A stretch of 58,959 nt of DNA, filler included. It is 4 parts of 4 records of this genome, joined end to end, with 100 filler letters (N's around TTAATTAATTAA, not from the genome) between each part and the next. Parts side by side here need not be neighbours in the genome. Positions count along the whole stretch, not along the records: positions 1 to 12,738 come from DRR723986_8384; positions 12,839 to 42,394 come from DRR723986_8388; 2 more parts are not named here. One strand, given 5' to 3'. Under the pieces are notes generated by a model that did not search any database, was not told the DNA's origin, and saw nothing but the letters and a program-made list of their open reading frames with translations. The translations under genes and the position numbers were made by a program. How positions within the stretch are numbered: position 1 is the stretch's first letter; the number at the start of each line of letters is the position of its first letter. Below, piece by piece: positions 8,500 to 18,543 of the stretch.

Positions 8500-11400
8500 C
8501 TATTGTTTAACAGCTTTGAGCACAAGGAGTTCGCCGTCGATTTCTATTGTCAGGAAATACACGCCTGCGGGTTCTGAGCGCATGTCAAAACGCTGATGTA
8601 ATTCCAGCGCGCCGGCCGGAAGTCTAAGTTCCTGAATCGAGCGGCCAAGTGCGTCACTCAGGGTTAAACGCAGAGTAACGGCCTGATTTAATGTAGCATG
8701 CAGCACAAAGTCACTGCTGTGCGGGTTCGGGTCGATGTTAAACTTGCCGTGTGTGCTGCGCGCCTCGGCGACGGACGTTGAGACTTCAAACTCATATTCT
8801 TCGGATTTGGGCGACGTGCAGTTCGCGCGGCGCACTTCCAACTCATAAATCGAAAAGGCATTCGGCACTGTGACGGTACGGCCGCTTAACTCCGTCAGTT
8901 CACCATCCTGGTACCACAGGTACTCGTCGCCTTCAATGCTGGAACGCATCTGGATTCCAGTGATACGCTCAATTACCGGCTGCTCAATTTCGATAACATT
9001 AATGAAGTCTTCCTTGGTGATTTCATCGTTACCCAGATCGTTGGCCACGCGCAGCTTTACGCTGTAAGCGCCGGGCGCCTCGAACATTATCTGTGGATTT
9101 TCAGAGCCGACAGCGCTGCCATCCACAAAACTCCAGGTGTCGGGCGTTATCGTCCATGTAAAACGCTCGGGAGCGTTAACACTGTTGTTTAAGAGCGTCA
9201 TGGCTTCCCCCAGGCAGACATTTGTCTCAGAGGCTTCAAACTCGGAGCGCGGCGCGGCCGGACGGAAGCGGATGCTGATGTCATCCAGGCCAATGTCGCT
9301 GAAGTTGGCCGGGCCTGCCTGGCCGCGGAAGCGCAGCGTAACGTTTTCGGCGCGGTAATCGCCGAGGAAAACGACCTGCTCAACCCAGTCCGGACCGTGA
9401 TTGCCGGTGATTGGCTCCATGATGTCTTCAATCACTTCACCATTGACAATCGCATCCACATGCAGCGTGCTCATCCGGTTCGGGTTTGCGCCGTTCATGT
9501 GGTAGAAAAAGCGCAACTCCGGCAAGGTGCCGCGCAGCAAATTAACGCAGGGCGACTCCATGATTGCGACTGAATTCTGGCAACCTGTGCCGTTCAGCGT
9601 CAGATACTTTCCGTCTTCCGTTCCCAGAGTATGATCGGTCAACGCCCCGGCGTCGGGTCGTCCCGGTTCGGATGGACCGCTGACAACACTCCAGTCGGTC
9701 TGGTCGATCGCATCACAATGGGAGAGATTGCGCCAGCCATCCTGCAGATTGCAAGGCACGCGGCAGACGGAAGAACAGGAGGTCCAGCCTTCAAAGTCTG
9801 CCTGCAGCGGTGGCACTTGAAGACCAACACCTTTTATATTCATTAGGACAGATTCACTGGCGCTGCCCGCGCCGTTTTCAACTTCAAGTTTGATCGTATA
9901 ATTGCCGTCCTGCTCAAACTGGATACGTGCATGCGCAAAAGCGCCCGCGTCTTCCTCAGGAATAATCGTCACACCATCCATTGGCTCAACCGTCAGCGTG
10001 CGCGTGGCCGATGCCGGCACGGCGTGGTCGCGCAGCAGGAATTCCTGCACACAGCCCGGCACCGACTGCTGATGCATATTAAATGCCGAGTGTGGCGTAG
10101 TCGCTTCTTCTTCTACAAGCGGCATTTCCCATAATCCGCGGCCATAACTGGCGGCGCGGATTTTACGTGCAGTATAATCGATGGAAAAGTCGCGTACCAG
10201 AACGGACGGCATACCATTACTGAGCGGCAGCCATTCATCGAGAGTGTTATCGCGATACCAGACGCCGACATCCGTGCCAACGTAGACCGAACCAAGCTCC
10301 GAGTCACGCTGCACAATGATTGACTCAACCGGCGCCTGCGGCAAATTGTCATGCATCGGCTCCCAGCTTCCACCGGCATTGACGGATCGGAAAACCTTGT
10401 CACCGTCACGGAAACCGCCAAGCACAACCCAGATCGTCTCCGGATCGTGCGGGTGGGCACCAATGCGCTGCGTTCCGCCACTCTCACGCGGCACGTTTGT
10501 ACCGATTTCGGCGTAGGTTTCCCAGTAGTCCGTCGTGCGGAAAATGCGTTGCGAACCCGTCAGCGCGTACTGTACTGCCGGCTCGTCGTGACAGATTTCG
10601 AGGTCTACTATTACTGAGTTGTTGTGCAGGTTGGGCGTAAGCTGTTCCCAGTTACTGGCCAGATTGCTTGCACGGAAAATTGCACGGTAGCCAAAGTACA
10701 TGTCGTCTGGGTTCTGCGGATCAAATGCATAGGGCGTAATCCATGCGCCATTACCCGTGAGAGAATCGGGGCTGGCGCGACCGAACGTTTGCGCGCGGTT
10801 GGTTGAAATGTTAATTCCACCATTCTGCCAGCTGGTAAACACGATGCTATCGTTTGTTGGGTGGATCGCCGGCTGCATTCCGTCACCACCGGTTTTGTGG
10901 TCCCATTTCTGGCAGTCACTGTCAAAACCCATTGTACCGTTGTCTTGTGTACCGGCAATGATCATATCGTGATCGGTGCTCGAAGTCGCAACACGGTAAA
11001 ACTGTGTAATCATCAAACCGCGGTTCAGAGAAGTCCATGTATCTGCTGAGTTCTCTGAGCGGTATACGCCGCCATCACAACCGGCATAAAGATTGCCGTC
11101 ATGAGGGTTAATTTTCAGGTAGTGTTGATCGGCATGAATCTGTCCGGTGCCACCAAAGGTCTGGCCGCCGTCCTCTGAGCGCACAATGCGTACGTCGCCA
11201 ACCCAGAGCACATCGGTATCGGTCTGTGAGACTTCAAGCGGAAATCCCCAGACGCCGCTCGTGTTAAAGTCGCCACGCTGTTCCCAGTTGTTGCCCGCAT
11301 TGTTCGAACGCCAAATCCGCGCCTGGTCAAAACCATTGGTTGCCACGGCAATGTAAACCATGTTCGGGTTGGCTTCGGAGACTGCAACGGCACCTTGTGG

Positions 11401-12450
11401 AATAAATCGCTGACCGTCAAACTGGCCAACCTGATCCCACTCGCCACCGCCGTCACGCGAGATAAACACCGAGGCGGAACTGCCGCTGTTGCGACCGATT
11501 GCATAGATCGTGCGCGGGCGGTTGGGCTGGAATTCCATATCCCAGACTTCCGCGTCACTGACCTGCTCAAAGGTCCGCCCGCCGTTAAACGAGCGATATA
11601 TTCCGCGGTTTGTGCCGACGTAGACTCGGTTTCCATCAGTCGGGTCCACCAGCACACGAAAAATCATGTGATAGACATTGTCTGCGGCCTGCTCTTCGCG
11701 TGTCCAGTTCAAATCTGTTAAGTCCCAGGTCTCACCACCGTCGGTTGACTTAAACAAACCGAGGCTATGCAGAGAGCGGAACCCCCAGGCATGTGTGCTG
11801 CGATCGCCACTGGATGCATATACGATGTCTGGGTCCTGCGCATCAAATGCGATGTCGCTAAAGTTTAACACGGGCAAGTCATCTGTTAACACTTCCCATG
11901 TCTCTCCTTTGTCCATTGAGCGCCAGATGCCACCGGAGGGTGAGGCCGCCCAGATTTGATTCGGGTCGGTGGGATGGAAACTAACGACATTAACACGCCC
12001 AATTCCGGCCCAGGTGAAGCCATTTTCAATTGGATTGGTGATTTCAGGTCCCAAGGCCTGCCACTCTCCAGCAACGGCCGTCAGCTGATCACCACCATAT
12101 TTCCGCTGAATCTCACGCTGCTGGTGTGTCCACGCTTTAAAGCGCAGCGCAGTTGCATCCGGAAAACTTCCATCGTCATCGATGCGTGCCTGCCAGAAGT
12201 ACTCCCAGCGTTTGAACTGTTTCCAGCCACTGTGTTTGGGTCCGGGAGCATCGCCCCAACGTTCGTAAAAACGTTCCTGAATCTCAAAGAAGTTTTGTTC
12301 TGCCAGGATGTTGCCATCGGCATCACGTTGCATGTATTCATAGACGGGGTCACCGCTGTAGAGCGGCATGCAGGCCAGAAAGACGAGGCTCAAAGTCAGG
12401 AGGAAGAATTTTTGCATGTGTCGCGTCAGGAGGGTTTTGGTCAATGACAT
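8500..12450 (-). CDS. Secreted BNR/VPS10-type beta-propeller protein with MAM, PKD-like and T9SS C-terminal sorting domains
   Basis: Many SxDxGxTW Asp-boxes; MAM-like DFE..DHT..FFYHM.G..DIGLDDI; PKD-like FEAPGAYSVKLRVAN; CTD with PNP..DALGR..PAGVYFL..KAVKQ. Confidence 0.85.
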   Translation of the reverse strand: MSLTKTLLTRHMQKFFLLTLSLVFLACMPLYSGDPVYEYMQRDADGNILAEQNFFEIQERFYERWGDAPGPKHSGWKQFKRWEYFWQARIDDDGSFPDATALRFKAWTHQQREIQRKYGGDQLTAVAGEWQALGPEITNPIENGFTWAGIGRVNVVSFHPTDPNQIWAASPSGGIWRSMDKGETWEVLTDDLPVLNFSDIAFDAQDPDIVYASSGDRSTHAWGFRSLHSLGLFKSTDGGETWDLTDLNWTREEQAADNVYHMIFRVLVDPTDGNRVYVGTNRGIYRSFNGGRTFEQVSDAEVWDMEFQPNRPRTIYAIGRNSGSSASVFISRDGGGEWDQVGQFDGQRFIPQGAVAVSEANPNMVYIAVATNGFDQARIWRSNNAGNNWEQRGDFNTSGVWGFPLEVSQTDTDVLWVGDVRIVRSEDGGQTFGGTGQIHADQHYLKINPHDGNLYAGCDGGVYRSENSADTWTSLNRGLMITQFYRVATSSTDHDMIIAGTQDNGTMGFDSDCQKWDHKTGGDGMQPAIHPTNDSIVFTSWQNGGINISTNRAQTFGRASPDSLTGNGAWITPYAFDPQNPDDMYFGYRAIFRASNLASNWEQLTPNLHNNSVIVDLEICHDEPAVQYALTGSQRIFRTTDYWETYAEIGTNVPRESGGTQRIGAHPHDPETIWVVLGGFRDGDKVFRSVNAGGSWEPMHDNLPQAPVESIIVQRDSELGSVYVGTDVGVWYRDNTLDEWLPLSNGMPSVLVRDFSIDYTARKIRAASYGRGLWEMPLVEEEATTPHSAFNMHQQSVPGCVQEFLLRDHAVPASATRTLTVEPMDGVTIIPEEDAGAFAHARIQFEQDGNYTIKLEVENGAGSASESVLMNIKGVGLQVPPLQADFEGWTSCSSVCRVPCNLQDGWRNLSHCDAIDQTDWSVVSGPSEPGRPDAGALTDHTLGTEDGKYLTLNGTGCQNSVAIMESPCVNLLRGTLPELRFFYHMNGANPNRMSTLHVDAIVNGEVIEDIMEPITGNHGPDWVEQVVFLGDYRAENVTLRFRGQAGPANFSDIGLDDISIRFRPAAPRSEFEASETNVCLGEAMTLLNNSVNAPERFTWTITPDTWSFVDGSAVGSENPQIMFEAPGAYSVKLRVANDLGNDEITKEDFINVIEIEQPVIERITGIQMRSSIEGDEYLWYQDGELTELSGRTVTVPNAFSIYELEVRRANCTSPKSEEYEFEVSTSVAEARSTHGKFNIDPNPHSSDFVLHATLNQAVTLRLTLSDALGRSIQELRLPAGALELHQRFDMRSEPAGVYFLTIEIDGELLVLKAVKQ

Positions 12451-12738
12451 GTTTTATTGAGGGTCAGGAAGTTAGCACATGCGCTGCTTTTGCCCAAACG
12501 ACGCACGTCCATTTGCTCGGTTCTATGGACGGCTGCTTCCACAGACGCCAACACACCAGCCGGCAGCCTGTTACGTATCCCAGCGTTTATGCGGCCTTTT
12601 TCGCGTTTTTCAGGCAAATTTCGGCGTTTAGCGCAAATTCTTCGTTTTGATGCTTTTTGTGTCTGGCGGCGTCTGCACAGCCATACTTGAGCGCTGCGCC
12701 CCTCCCATTACATTCGGTGGCTTACTGCTTTTTCTTTT

Positions 12739-12838
12739 NNNNNNNNNNNNNNNNNNNNNNNNNNNNNNNNNNNNNNNNNNNNTTAATTAATTAANNNNNN
12801 NNNNNNNNNNNNNNNNNNNNNNNNNNNNNNNNNNNNNN
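12739..12838. other. Artificial contig spacer
   Basis: N-run, TTAATTAATTAA (stop in all six frames), N-run; 100 nt in total. Confidence 0.97.
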
Positions 12839-12880
12839 CCGGTTGCAGGCAGGCTGCCCGCACTACTGGTTTGCGGGTCG

Positions 12881-13249
12881 CTAGGGCAGAGTGACGCCGC
12901 GGCGACTGGCCAGTTCGCGCATGGCGAATTGGAAGTAGGGAAACGGTATGCGCGAGTTCTTCTCGAGGGCCCAGGTGTAAACCAAGTTCACCATCCCCTG
13001 GGGTAGTCGGCCGTCATCAACGGCCTTAACGACCAGACGAACAAAGACAGCTTGTTCCGGACGGGAAACGCGAAGGCCGTTTCGCAGTTGGTCCTCTAAC
13101 GGTACAGTGCGACCAGCAAACTGCCGGGTGCTGTTCTGTGAAAACTGTCGAGGACTTCCGCTTCGGAATGCACCAACCTGTGCGGCTGCTCCCCCGGTCA
13201 GGACGGTAAAGATCACGAGCGCCAGGAGTAAAGGTTTTTGCCGGTTCAT
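12881..13249 (-). CDS. Small exported hypothetical protein
   Basis: Signal peptide ending in AAA; helical domain LEDQL..WA..PFPYFQ. Confidence 0.7.
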   Translation of the reverse strand: MNRQKPLLLALVIFTVLTGGAAAQVGAFRSGSPRQFSQNSTRQFAGRTVPLEDQLRNGLRVSRPEQAVFVRLVVKAVDDGRLPQGMVNLVYTWALEKNSRIPFPYFQFAMRELASRRGVTLP

Positions 13250-13390
13250 TCTGCCTGCTCAGTAAAGTTTAGCTAACTGCACCATTGGTTAGGATCGAAC
13301 TAAACTGTTACAAAAATCCAGCAAAATATGTCAAGACTTCGATAACCGGTACTTCGCTAGCTTCCATCGCGCAAACAAAGGACTCGTCCG

Positions 13391-13885
13391 TTGGCAGAAC
13401 TTCCATTCGTGCAAATCTTTTCCTGCGGTGGGACGATCGACAAAGTCTACTTTGATGCCAAAAGCGACTACAAAGTTGGCGAGCCGCAAATCGAAGAGAT
13501 CTTCGAACGGTGCCAAGTGGGCTTCGCCTTCAAGATTGCCTCCCTGATGCGAAAAGATAGCCTGGAGATGAACGACGAAGATCGTAGCCGGATTCGGCAA
13601 GCGGTCGCGGAGTCTGAGGCTAGTCGGATCTTGATTACCCACGGTACGGACACCATGGCGCAAACCGGGCAAGAGCTGCTAGCAATTGAAGGCAAGACCA
13701 TCGTGCTGACTGGCTCCATGAGTCCAGCGCGGTTTCAGGCTTCCGACGCCGAATTCAACATTGGCGTGGCCGTTGGAGCGCTGATGCATTCCCCCCCTGG
13801 AGTCTACATCGCGATGAATGGGCAGGTGTTTGAAGCTGACCGAGTTCGAAAGAACCGGGAAATGGGGCGTTTTGAAGCGATCTGA
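13391..13885 (+). CDS. Short single-domain L-asparaginase
   Basis: GGTIDK and HGTDT catalytic Thr motifs, KDS, VLTGS; TTG start; only 164 aa. Confidence 0.85.
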   Translation: MAELPFVQIFSCGGTIDKVYFDAKSDYKVGEPQIEEIFERCQVGFAFKIASLMRKDSLEMNDEDRSRIRQAVAESEASRILITHGTDTMAQTGQELLAIEGKTIVLTGSMSPARFQASDAEFNIGVAVGALMHSPPGVYIAMNGQVFEADRVRKNREMGRFEAI

Positions 13886-14045
13886 TTTGGGCTGGAGTGC
13901 TGACAATGCCGTTTTTTGGCTTCCGAAGCTCCTTGGAATCACTAAATTAAGGGCCCGAAACCGCTGCACACCAACAAGCGGGCTCAGTAAGCCAGGCGGT
14001 GTGAAGCGTTGACATCCGGAAGCAATCGTAGCAAAGCGAACGTCC

Positions 14046-14975
14046 ATGACTCAAGATCGTGCCAGCATTGTCGAAGACACTTATGCCGAGGGGTTCCGCA
14101 GTATTTACGCGGAAGTCTTGATTACGGCAAAGGACGAGCAGTGGCTTGATCACTGCTTAAATGCGTTTACCGGGCATGCCAGCAGTACGATTATGTGCGA
14201 CAGCGAAGTTGGCGTCGTGCGACGAATGGACGGAGTATCAACCGGCCAGGAAACGCCGGACGGACGACCAGGAGCCACAGTGCAGATCCACGTGCCGCGT
14301 TTCCGCAAGGATCGCGAACCTCACTTGGAGAAAGTGTTGCTGGCTCGGATTGGTCAAAACGTGATGACATGCCCAACGGCTCGATGCTTCAACATGCTGG
14401 ACACCGAGAAGTACTTCAAGCTGGGCCGGAAGGTTGCATTGTTTGGCGACGGGCACCAGTTTCGAGACGAACGTTTCGGAACCAAGGGCTGGGTTGTGCC
14501 TACGATGGGCGGCGCGTTCTACTTGACGCGACGCTTTGGATTCAAGAGTGGAGTCATGGGTGGAAACCTGTGGTTCCTATCCGACACCGAAGATAACGCC
14601 ATCGAAGCAGCAACACGCGGCGCGGCTGCCGTAAATGAACTGGACGGTTGCGTTTTAACGTTCCCTGGTGGAGTGGCGGCGAGCGCCTCGAAGGCCGGTA
14701 GTCGTTACAGCTTCCTGATCGCGAGTACTTTTGCAGAATTTTGTCCAACGTTGAAAGACAAACTTGGCGAAAGCTCACGAGTCCCCGATGGAGTCAGCAG
14801 CATAATGGAGATCGTCATCAACGGCAGCGATTTAGACAGCGTTGCAAAAGCAACCTACGCAGCCATTGATGCCGCCCTCGATACTCCTGGGCTGAAACGT
14901 ATCACGGCCGGAAACTATGGCGGTCGGCTCGGCAAGAGTTTCATTCACCTTGATCCTGCTAAACAGGGAGCCTAG
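14046..14975 (+). CDS. fhcD: Formylmethanofuran:tetrahydromethanopterin formyltransferase (Ftr/FhcD family)
   Basis: EDTYAE, TPDGRPG, RIGQNVMTCPT, FGDG, FPGG, AGNYGGRLG motifs. Confidence 0.88.
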   Translation: MTQDRASIVEDTYAEGFRSIYAEVLITAKDEQWLDHCLNAFTGHASSTIMCDSEVGVVRRMDGVSTGQETPDGRPGATVQIHVPRFRKDREPHLEKVLLARIGQNVMTCPTARCFNMLDTEKYFKLGRKVALFGDGHQFRDERFGTKGWVVPTMGGAFYLTRRFGFKSGVMGGNLWFLSDTEDNAIEAATRGAAAVNELDGCVLTFPGGVAASASKAGSRYSFLIASTFAEFCPTLKDKLGESSRVPDGVSSIMEIVINGSDLDSVAKATYAAIDAALDTPGLKRITAGNYGGRLGKSFIHLDPAKQGA

Positions 14976-14980
14976 CCGCG

Positions 14981-15733
14981 ATGGCAATTGAATCCAACTG
15001 CACCGGATGTGGTAATCGATTAAGCGTAGCCGAAGAGCACGCAGGTAAGAAAGCTCGCTGCCCAGCGTGCGGCATGATCTACGTTGTTGGCGGCCAAGCC
15101 GGCCCTGATGCTGCCGGGAGCGGAAATGATTTCGGACTTGCGCCAACTTCGTATGGTTCTGAAAATCAGGACGCAGTCAGCGATAGCGCCGGCAGTGACA
15201 ACTCCGGTGCAGGAAGCTCGCAGTCGCAGTTTTGGATGAAGGCGACCGACGGTGCTGAATATGGACCGGTCGATCGCGAAACGCTGGGCCGATGGTTCCA
15301 AGAGGGACGCATCGCCAGCGAGTATCAGATCCGCGAAGGCGAAACGGGGCAATGGCAACAGGCGGCGGTCTTTCAGTCCGCCGCGTCGGCTAACCCCTAC
15401 GCAAGTAGCACCAACCCTTACGCCAGCAGTACCAATCCCTATGCGGGTGGTACGACTGCGGCAGCGGCCACGAAACAATATGTTAAGGCGGATCAGAGCG
15501 GGCTCGTTCTCGCGATGGGAATCCTGGGGCTGTTTTTCTGCGGCATCTTTGCCATCGTTGCTTGGGTAATGGGCCACAGTGCGCTTAAGGACATGCAGGT
15601 CGGAGCAATGGATCCGACCAACAAGGGTATCACGCAGGTCGGCTACTACATGGGAATTGTTAGTGTTTGTTTGCACGTCTTCGGATGTGCGGCGTACATC
15701 ATTGTTGTGGCTCTCGTGGTAGCTGCCGGATAA
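14981..15733 (+). CDS. Zinc-ribbon + GYF_2-like + DUF4190-like membrane protein
   Basis: CTGC..CPAC; EYGPV..WFQEGRI..W; NPYASST repeats; two C-terminal TM segments. Confidence 0.75.
   Translation: MAIESNCTGCGNRLSVAEEHAGKKARCPACGMIYVVGGQAGPDAAGSGNDFGLAPTSYGSENQDAVSDSAGSDNSGAGSSQSQFWMKATDGAEYGPVDRETLGRWFQEGRIASEYQIREGETGQWQQAAVFQSAASANPYASSTNPYASSTNPYAGGTTAAAATKQYVKADQSGLVLAMGILGLFFCGIFAIVAWVMGHSALKDMQVGAMDPTNKGITQVGYYMGIVSVCLHVFGCAAYIIVVALVVAAG
15392..15448 (+). repeat. 21-bp in-frame tandem repeat encoding NPYASST-NPYASST-NPYAG
   Basis: aacccctacgcaagtagcacc / aacccttacgccagcagtacc / aatccctatgcgggt; the two full copies differ only at synonymous sites. Confidence 0.85.
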
Positions 15734-15743
15734 GGTTGAACAA

Positions 15744-17186
15744 ATGTCGGACGCAAAGAAGCTTTACATCGAGACCGTCGGCTGCCAGATGAATGTTCTG
15801 GACAGTGAGATGGTTGTGGCCAGCCTGCGAAAGGATGGTTACGAACTCACACAGCAACCTGACGATGCAGACGCCATTCTCTTCAACACATGCTCGGTGC
15901 GAGAGAACGCTGAAGAGAAAGTCTACCGGTCGCTCGCGCGGCTGAAGACGCTCAAAGAAGAGAGCCCTGAAAAGACCATTGGTGTGATGGGGTGCATGGC
16001 GCAAAAGGATCAGAAGATCGTATTTGACCGGGCGCCTTACGTAGACCTAGTGGTTGGGCCGGGGCAACTCCATACGATCCCTAGTCTTCTAAAAGATATC
16101 CAAGCTGGTAGCGGTCCGCAGATGGCCGTTAGCCTCGGCCGTAAAGATGGTTCGCAAGACGCGATCCGACGGAGTCACGAGACCTTCGATCCGCTGCGTG
16201 ATCCGACCATGCGTCCAACGCCCTTCCAGGCGTACCTCCGGATCCAGATCGGTTGCGACAAGTTTTGCACCTACTGCATCGTTCCGATGACTCGCGGGCC
16301 TGAACAGGGTCGTCCGCCTGAGATGATCGTTGCGGAAGCGCAAAAGCTTGCTGAGCAGGGATGCAAGGAAATCACCTTCCTTGGCCAAACGGTCAATAGC
16401 TACAAATTCGTCGATGGCGATACAACGACACGACTGGCTGATCTGCTCGAACAGGTCCACGAAATTGATGGGATCGAGCGGCTCAAGTTCGTGACAAGCT
16501 ACCCGAAAGACATGACACCACGATTGTTGCAAACGGTGCGTGATCTACCCAAGTGTTCGACGTATCTTCACGTGCCCGCGCAAAGCGGTTCTGACGAAGT
16601 GCTCAAAAGGATGAAGCGGGGATACACGACCGCAGACTACTATGAAATGATGGACCGCATCAATGATTTGCTGCCCGATGCTGCGGTTTCGAGCGACTTT
16701 ATCGTAGGCTTCTGTGGCGAAACGGACGAAGACTTCCAGAAGACCGTCGAACTGGTTGAGCGGTGCAGATTCAAGAATAGCTTCATCTTCAAGTATTCTG
16801 TCCGGCCCGGTACGAAAGGGGCGGCAAACTACGAAGATGACATCCCTGAATCGGTCAAGAGCGAACGGAACAATCACCTGCTGGCGGTGCAGAATGCAAT
16901 CAGCCAGGAAGACAATATGAAATTCCTCGGCAGCAGAGCTCGTGTCTTGGTCGAAGGGCCTAGCAAGTCATCGATAAAGCGTGGGGAAACAGGACCAATT
17001 CGCCAAATGACCGGCCGCACAAATTGCGATCGAATCGTCGTCTGGGATGGGAATGAACGGCAAGCCGGGAACTTCCTGCCTGTTCTCATCCACGATGCGA
17101 ATTCCCATACTCTGTTTGGCAGTGTGGAAACGACTGAATCGCGGCCCGATGTGCTCGCAATGCCACAGTTGAGTCAGAAAGGCTAG
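15744..17186 (+). CDS. miaB: tRNA-2-methylthio-N6-dimethylallyladenosine synthase
   Basis: GCQMN, NTCSVRE, GCMAQ; radical SAM CDKFCTYC; C-terminal TRAM domain. Confidence 0.95.
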   Translation: MSDAKKLYIETVGCQMNVLDSEMVVASLRKDGYELTQQPDDADAILFNTCSVRENAEEKVYRSLARLKTLKEESPEKTIGVMGCMAQKDQKIVFDRAPYVDLVVGPGQLHTIPSLLKDIQAGSGPQMAVSLGRKDGSQDAIRRSHETFDPLRDPTMRPTPFQAYLRIQIGCDKFCTYCIVPMTRGPEQGRPPEMIVAEAQKLAEQGCKEITFLGQTVNSYKFVDGDTTTRLADLLEQVHEIDGIERLKFVTSYPKDMTPRLLQTVRDLPKCSTYLHVPAQSGSDEVLKRMKRGYTTADYYEMMDRINDLLPDAAVSSDFIVGFCGETDEDFQKTVELVERCRFKNSFIFKYSVRPGTKGAANYEDDIPESVKSERNNHLLAVQNAISQEDNMKFLGSRARVLVEGPSKSSIKRGETGPIRQMTGRTNCDRIVVWDGNERQAGNFLPVLIHDANSHTLFGSVETTESRPDVLAMPQLSQKG

Positions 17187-17282
17187 TCGTCGACGTTCTT
17201 TACCGCCGAGCAGCAGCCCTGCCGGTCAATCGTTCATCTCAATTCGGCCGACCGATCCAATCCACTTTGGCTATATCCCCCA

Positions 17283-18440
17283 ATGATTTTTTGGCTCTCG
17301 GTCCTGATTGCAGTCTTCATCCTGGGGCTAGCTACTCTTCCAACGCTCCTCATCTTTCGGAACATGCCGTTGTTCCAGGATCTCCAAGTGGCGAACTCAG
17401 ATGGAGCTGGAACCGGGGCTCGTGTCTCAGTCCTCATCCCCGCGCGAGACGAAGAGACAAGCCTTCCTGATGCAATGCGGTGTCTTGGCTCGAGCGAGTA
17501 CAAGAACATCGAAGTGCTGGTCATGGATGATCATTCAGAAGACCGGACGGCTGAGATCGTGAACGCCATGGCTGCACAGGACGAGCGATTTCGTCTTCTG
17601 CAAGCACCCGATCTGCCTGATGGGTGGAATGGCAAGCAGCATGCGTGTTTCCGCCTTGCAGAAGCCGCCGAAGGGGAGCTGCTGCTGTTTGTCGATGCCG
17701 ATGTCCGCTTGCACCCCGAGGCAATTGGTTCATTGGTTGAACGGATTAACGCTCGTGACGACATCGAATTGTTGAGCGGATTCCCGGAGCAGATTACTGG
17801 CACTTGGTCAGAGAAACTGTTCATCCCGTTGATGCATTATGTGCTTCTGGGCTACCTGCCGCTTGACCAGATGCGACGCGATGTACAACCTGCATTCGGG
17901 GCTGGGTGTGGCCAGTTGTTCTTGGCCAAGCGAGAAGCATATTTCGCTTGTGGTGGACATTCGGCAATCAAATCGTCTCGGCATGATGGTCTCAAGCTTC
18001 CCCGCGCATTCCGCGCGCAGTCTTTGATGACCGATGTTGTTGATGCCAGTTCAATTGCCTCGGTTCGTATGTACGAAAGCTGGCCGGAGGTTAAGAACGG
18101 CTTGCTAAAGAACGCAACGGAAGGCATCGCCCGATGGCCGCTGATTCTCATTTTTTCGGTGTTGCTACTCGGCGGTAGTTTTCTACCACTGGCAATGCTA
18201 CTTCACGGACTGTTTTGGCAATGGCACTGGGCGGCAAACACGATCCTGGCCGTGGCGACAGCTATTAGCTTCGCGGGCAGATTTCACATCTTCTCTCGCG
18301 TGCGAGGGCATCAGTCGGCTAGCCTTCTGGGCGTGTTGCTGCATCCGCTGGCGGTGTTGATGTTCGTCGTGCTGCAATGGGTCGCATTCGGACGAGACTT
18401 GCTAGGCATGCAGCAAGTTGCATGGCGTGGGCGATCTTAG
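17283..18440 (+). CDS. GT2 glycosyltransferase (CrtQ/HpnB-like)
   Basis: LIPARDE, DDHSED, PDGWNGKQHAC, VDADV; C-terminal TMs ending in WRGR. Confidence 0.85.
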   Translation: MIFWLSVLIAVFILGLATLPTLLIFRNMPLFQDLQVANSDGAGTGARVSVLIPARDEETSLPDAMRCLGSSEYKNIEVLVMDDHSEDRTAEIVNAMAAQDERFRLLQAPDLPDGWNGKQHACFRLAEAAEGELLLFVDADVRLHPEAIGSLVERINARDDIELLSGFPEQITGTWSEKLFIPLMHYVLLGYLPLDQMRRDVQPAFGAGCGQLFLAKREAYFACGGHSAIKSSRHDGLKLPRAFRAQSLMTDVVDASSIASVRMYESWPEVKNGLLKNATEGIARWPLILIFSVLLLGGSFLPLAMLLHGLFWQWHWAANTILAVATAISFAGRFHIFSRVRGHQSASLLGVLLHPLAVLMFVVLQWVAFGRDLLGMQQVAWRGRS

Positions 18441-18543
18441 CCCCATGGCTGAGAGAAAATTTCTTACACTGTGTGAACTGTGGGCGTGCTAGAACGCATA
18501 TCCACTAGTGTGTGCTGCACTTCGTCTTGCAAAGGAAACAACC

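Noticed and set aside
12783-12794. TTAATTAATTAA palindrome recurring three times
   Set aside because: Always centred in N-runs of fixed length; a synthetic six-frame-stop linker.
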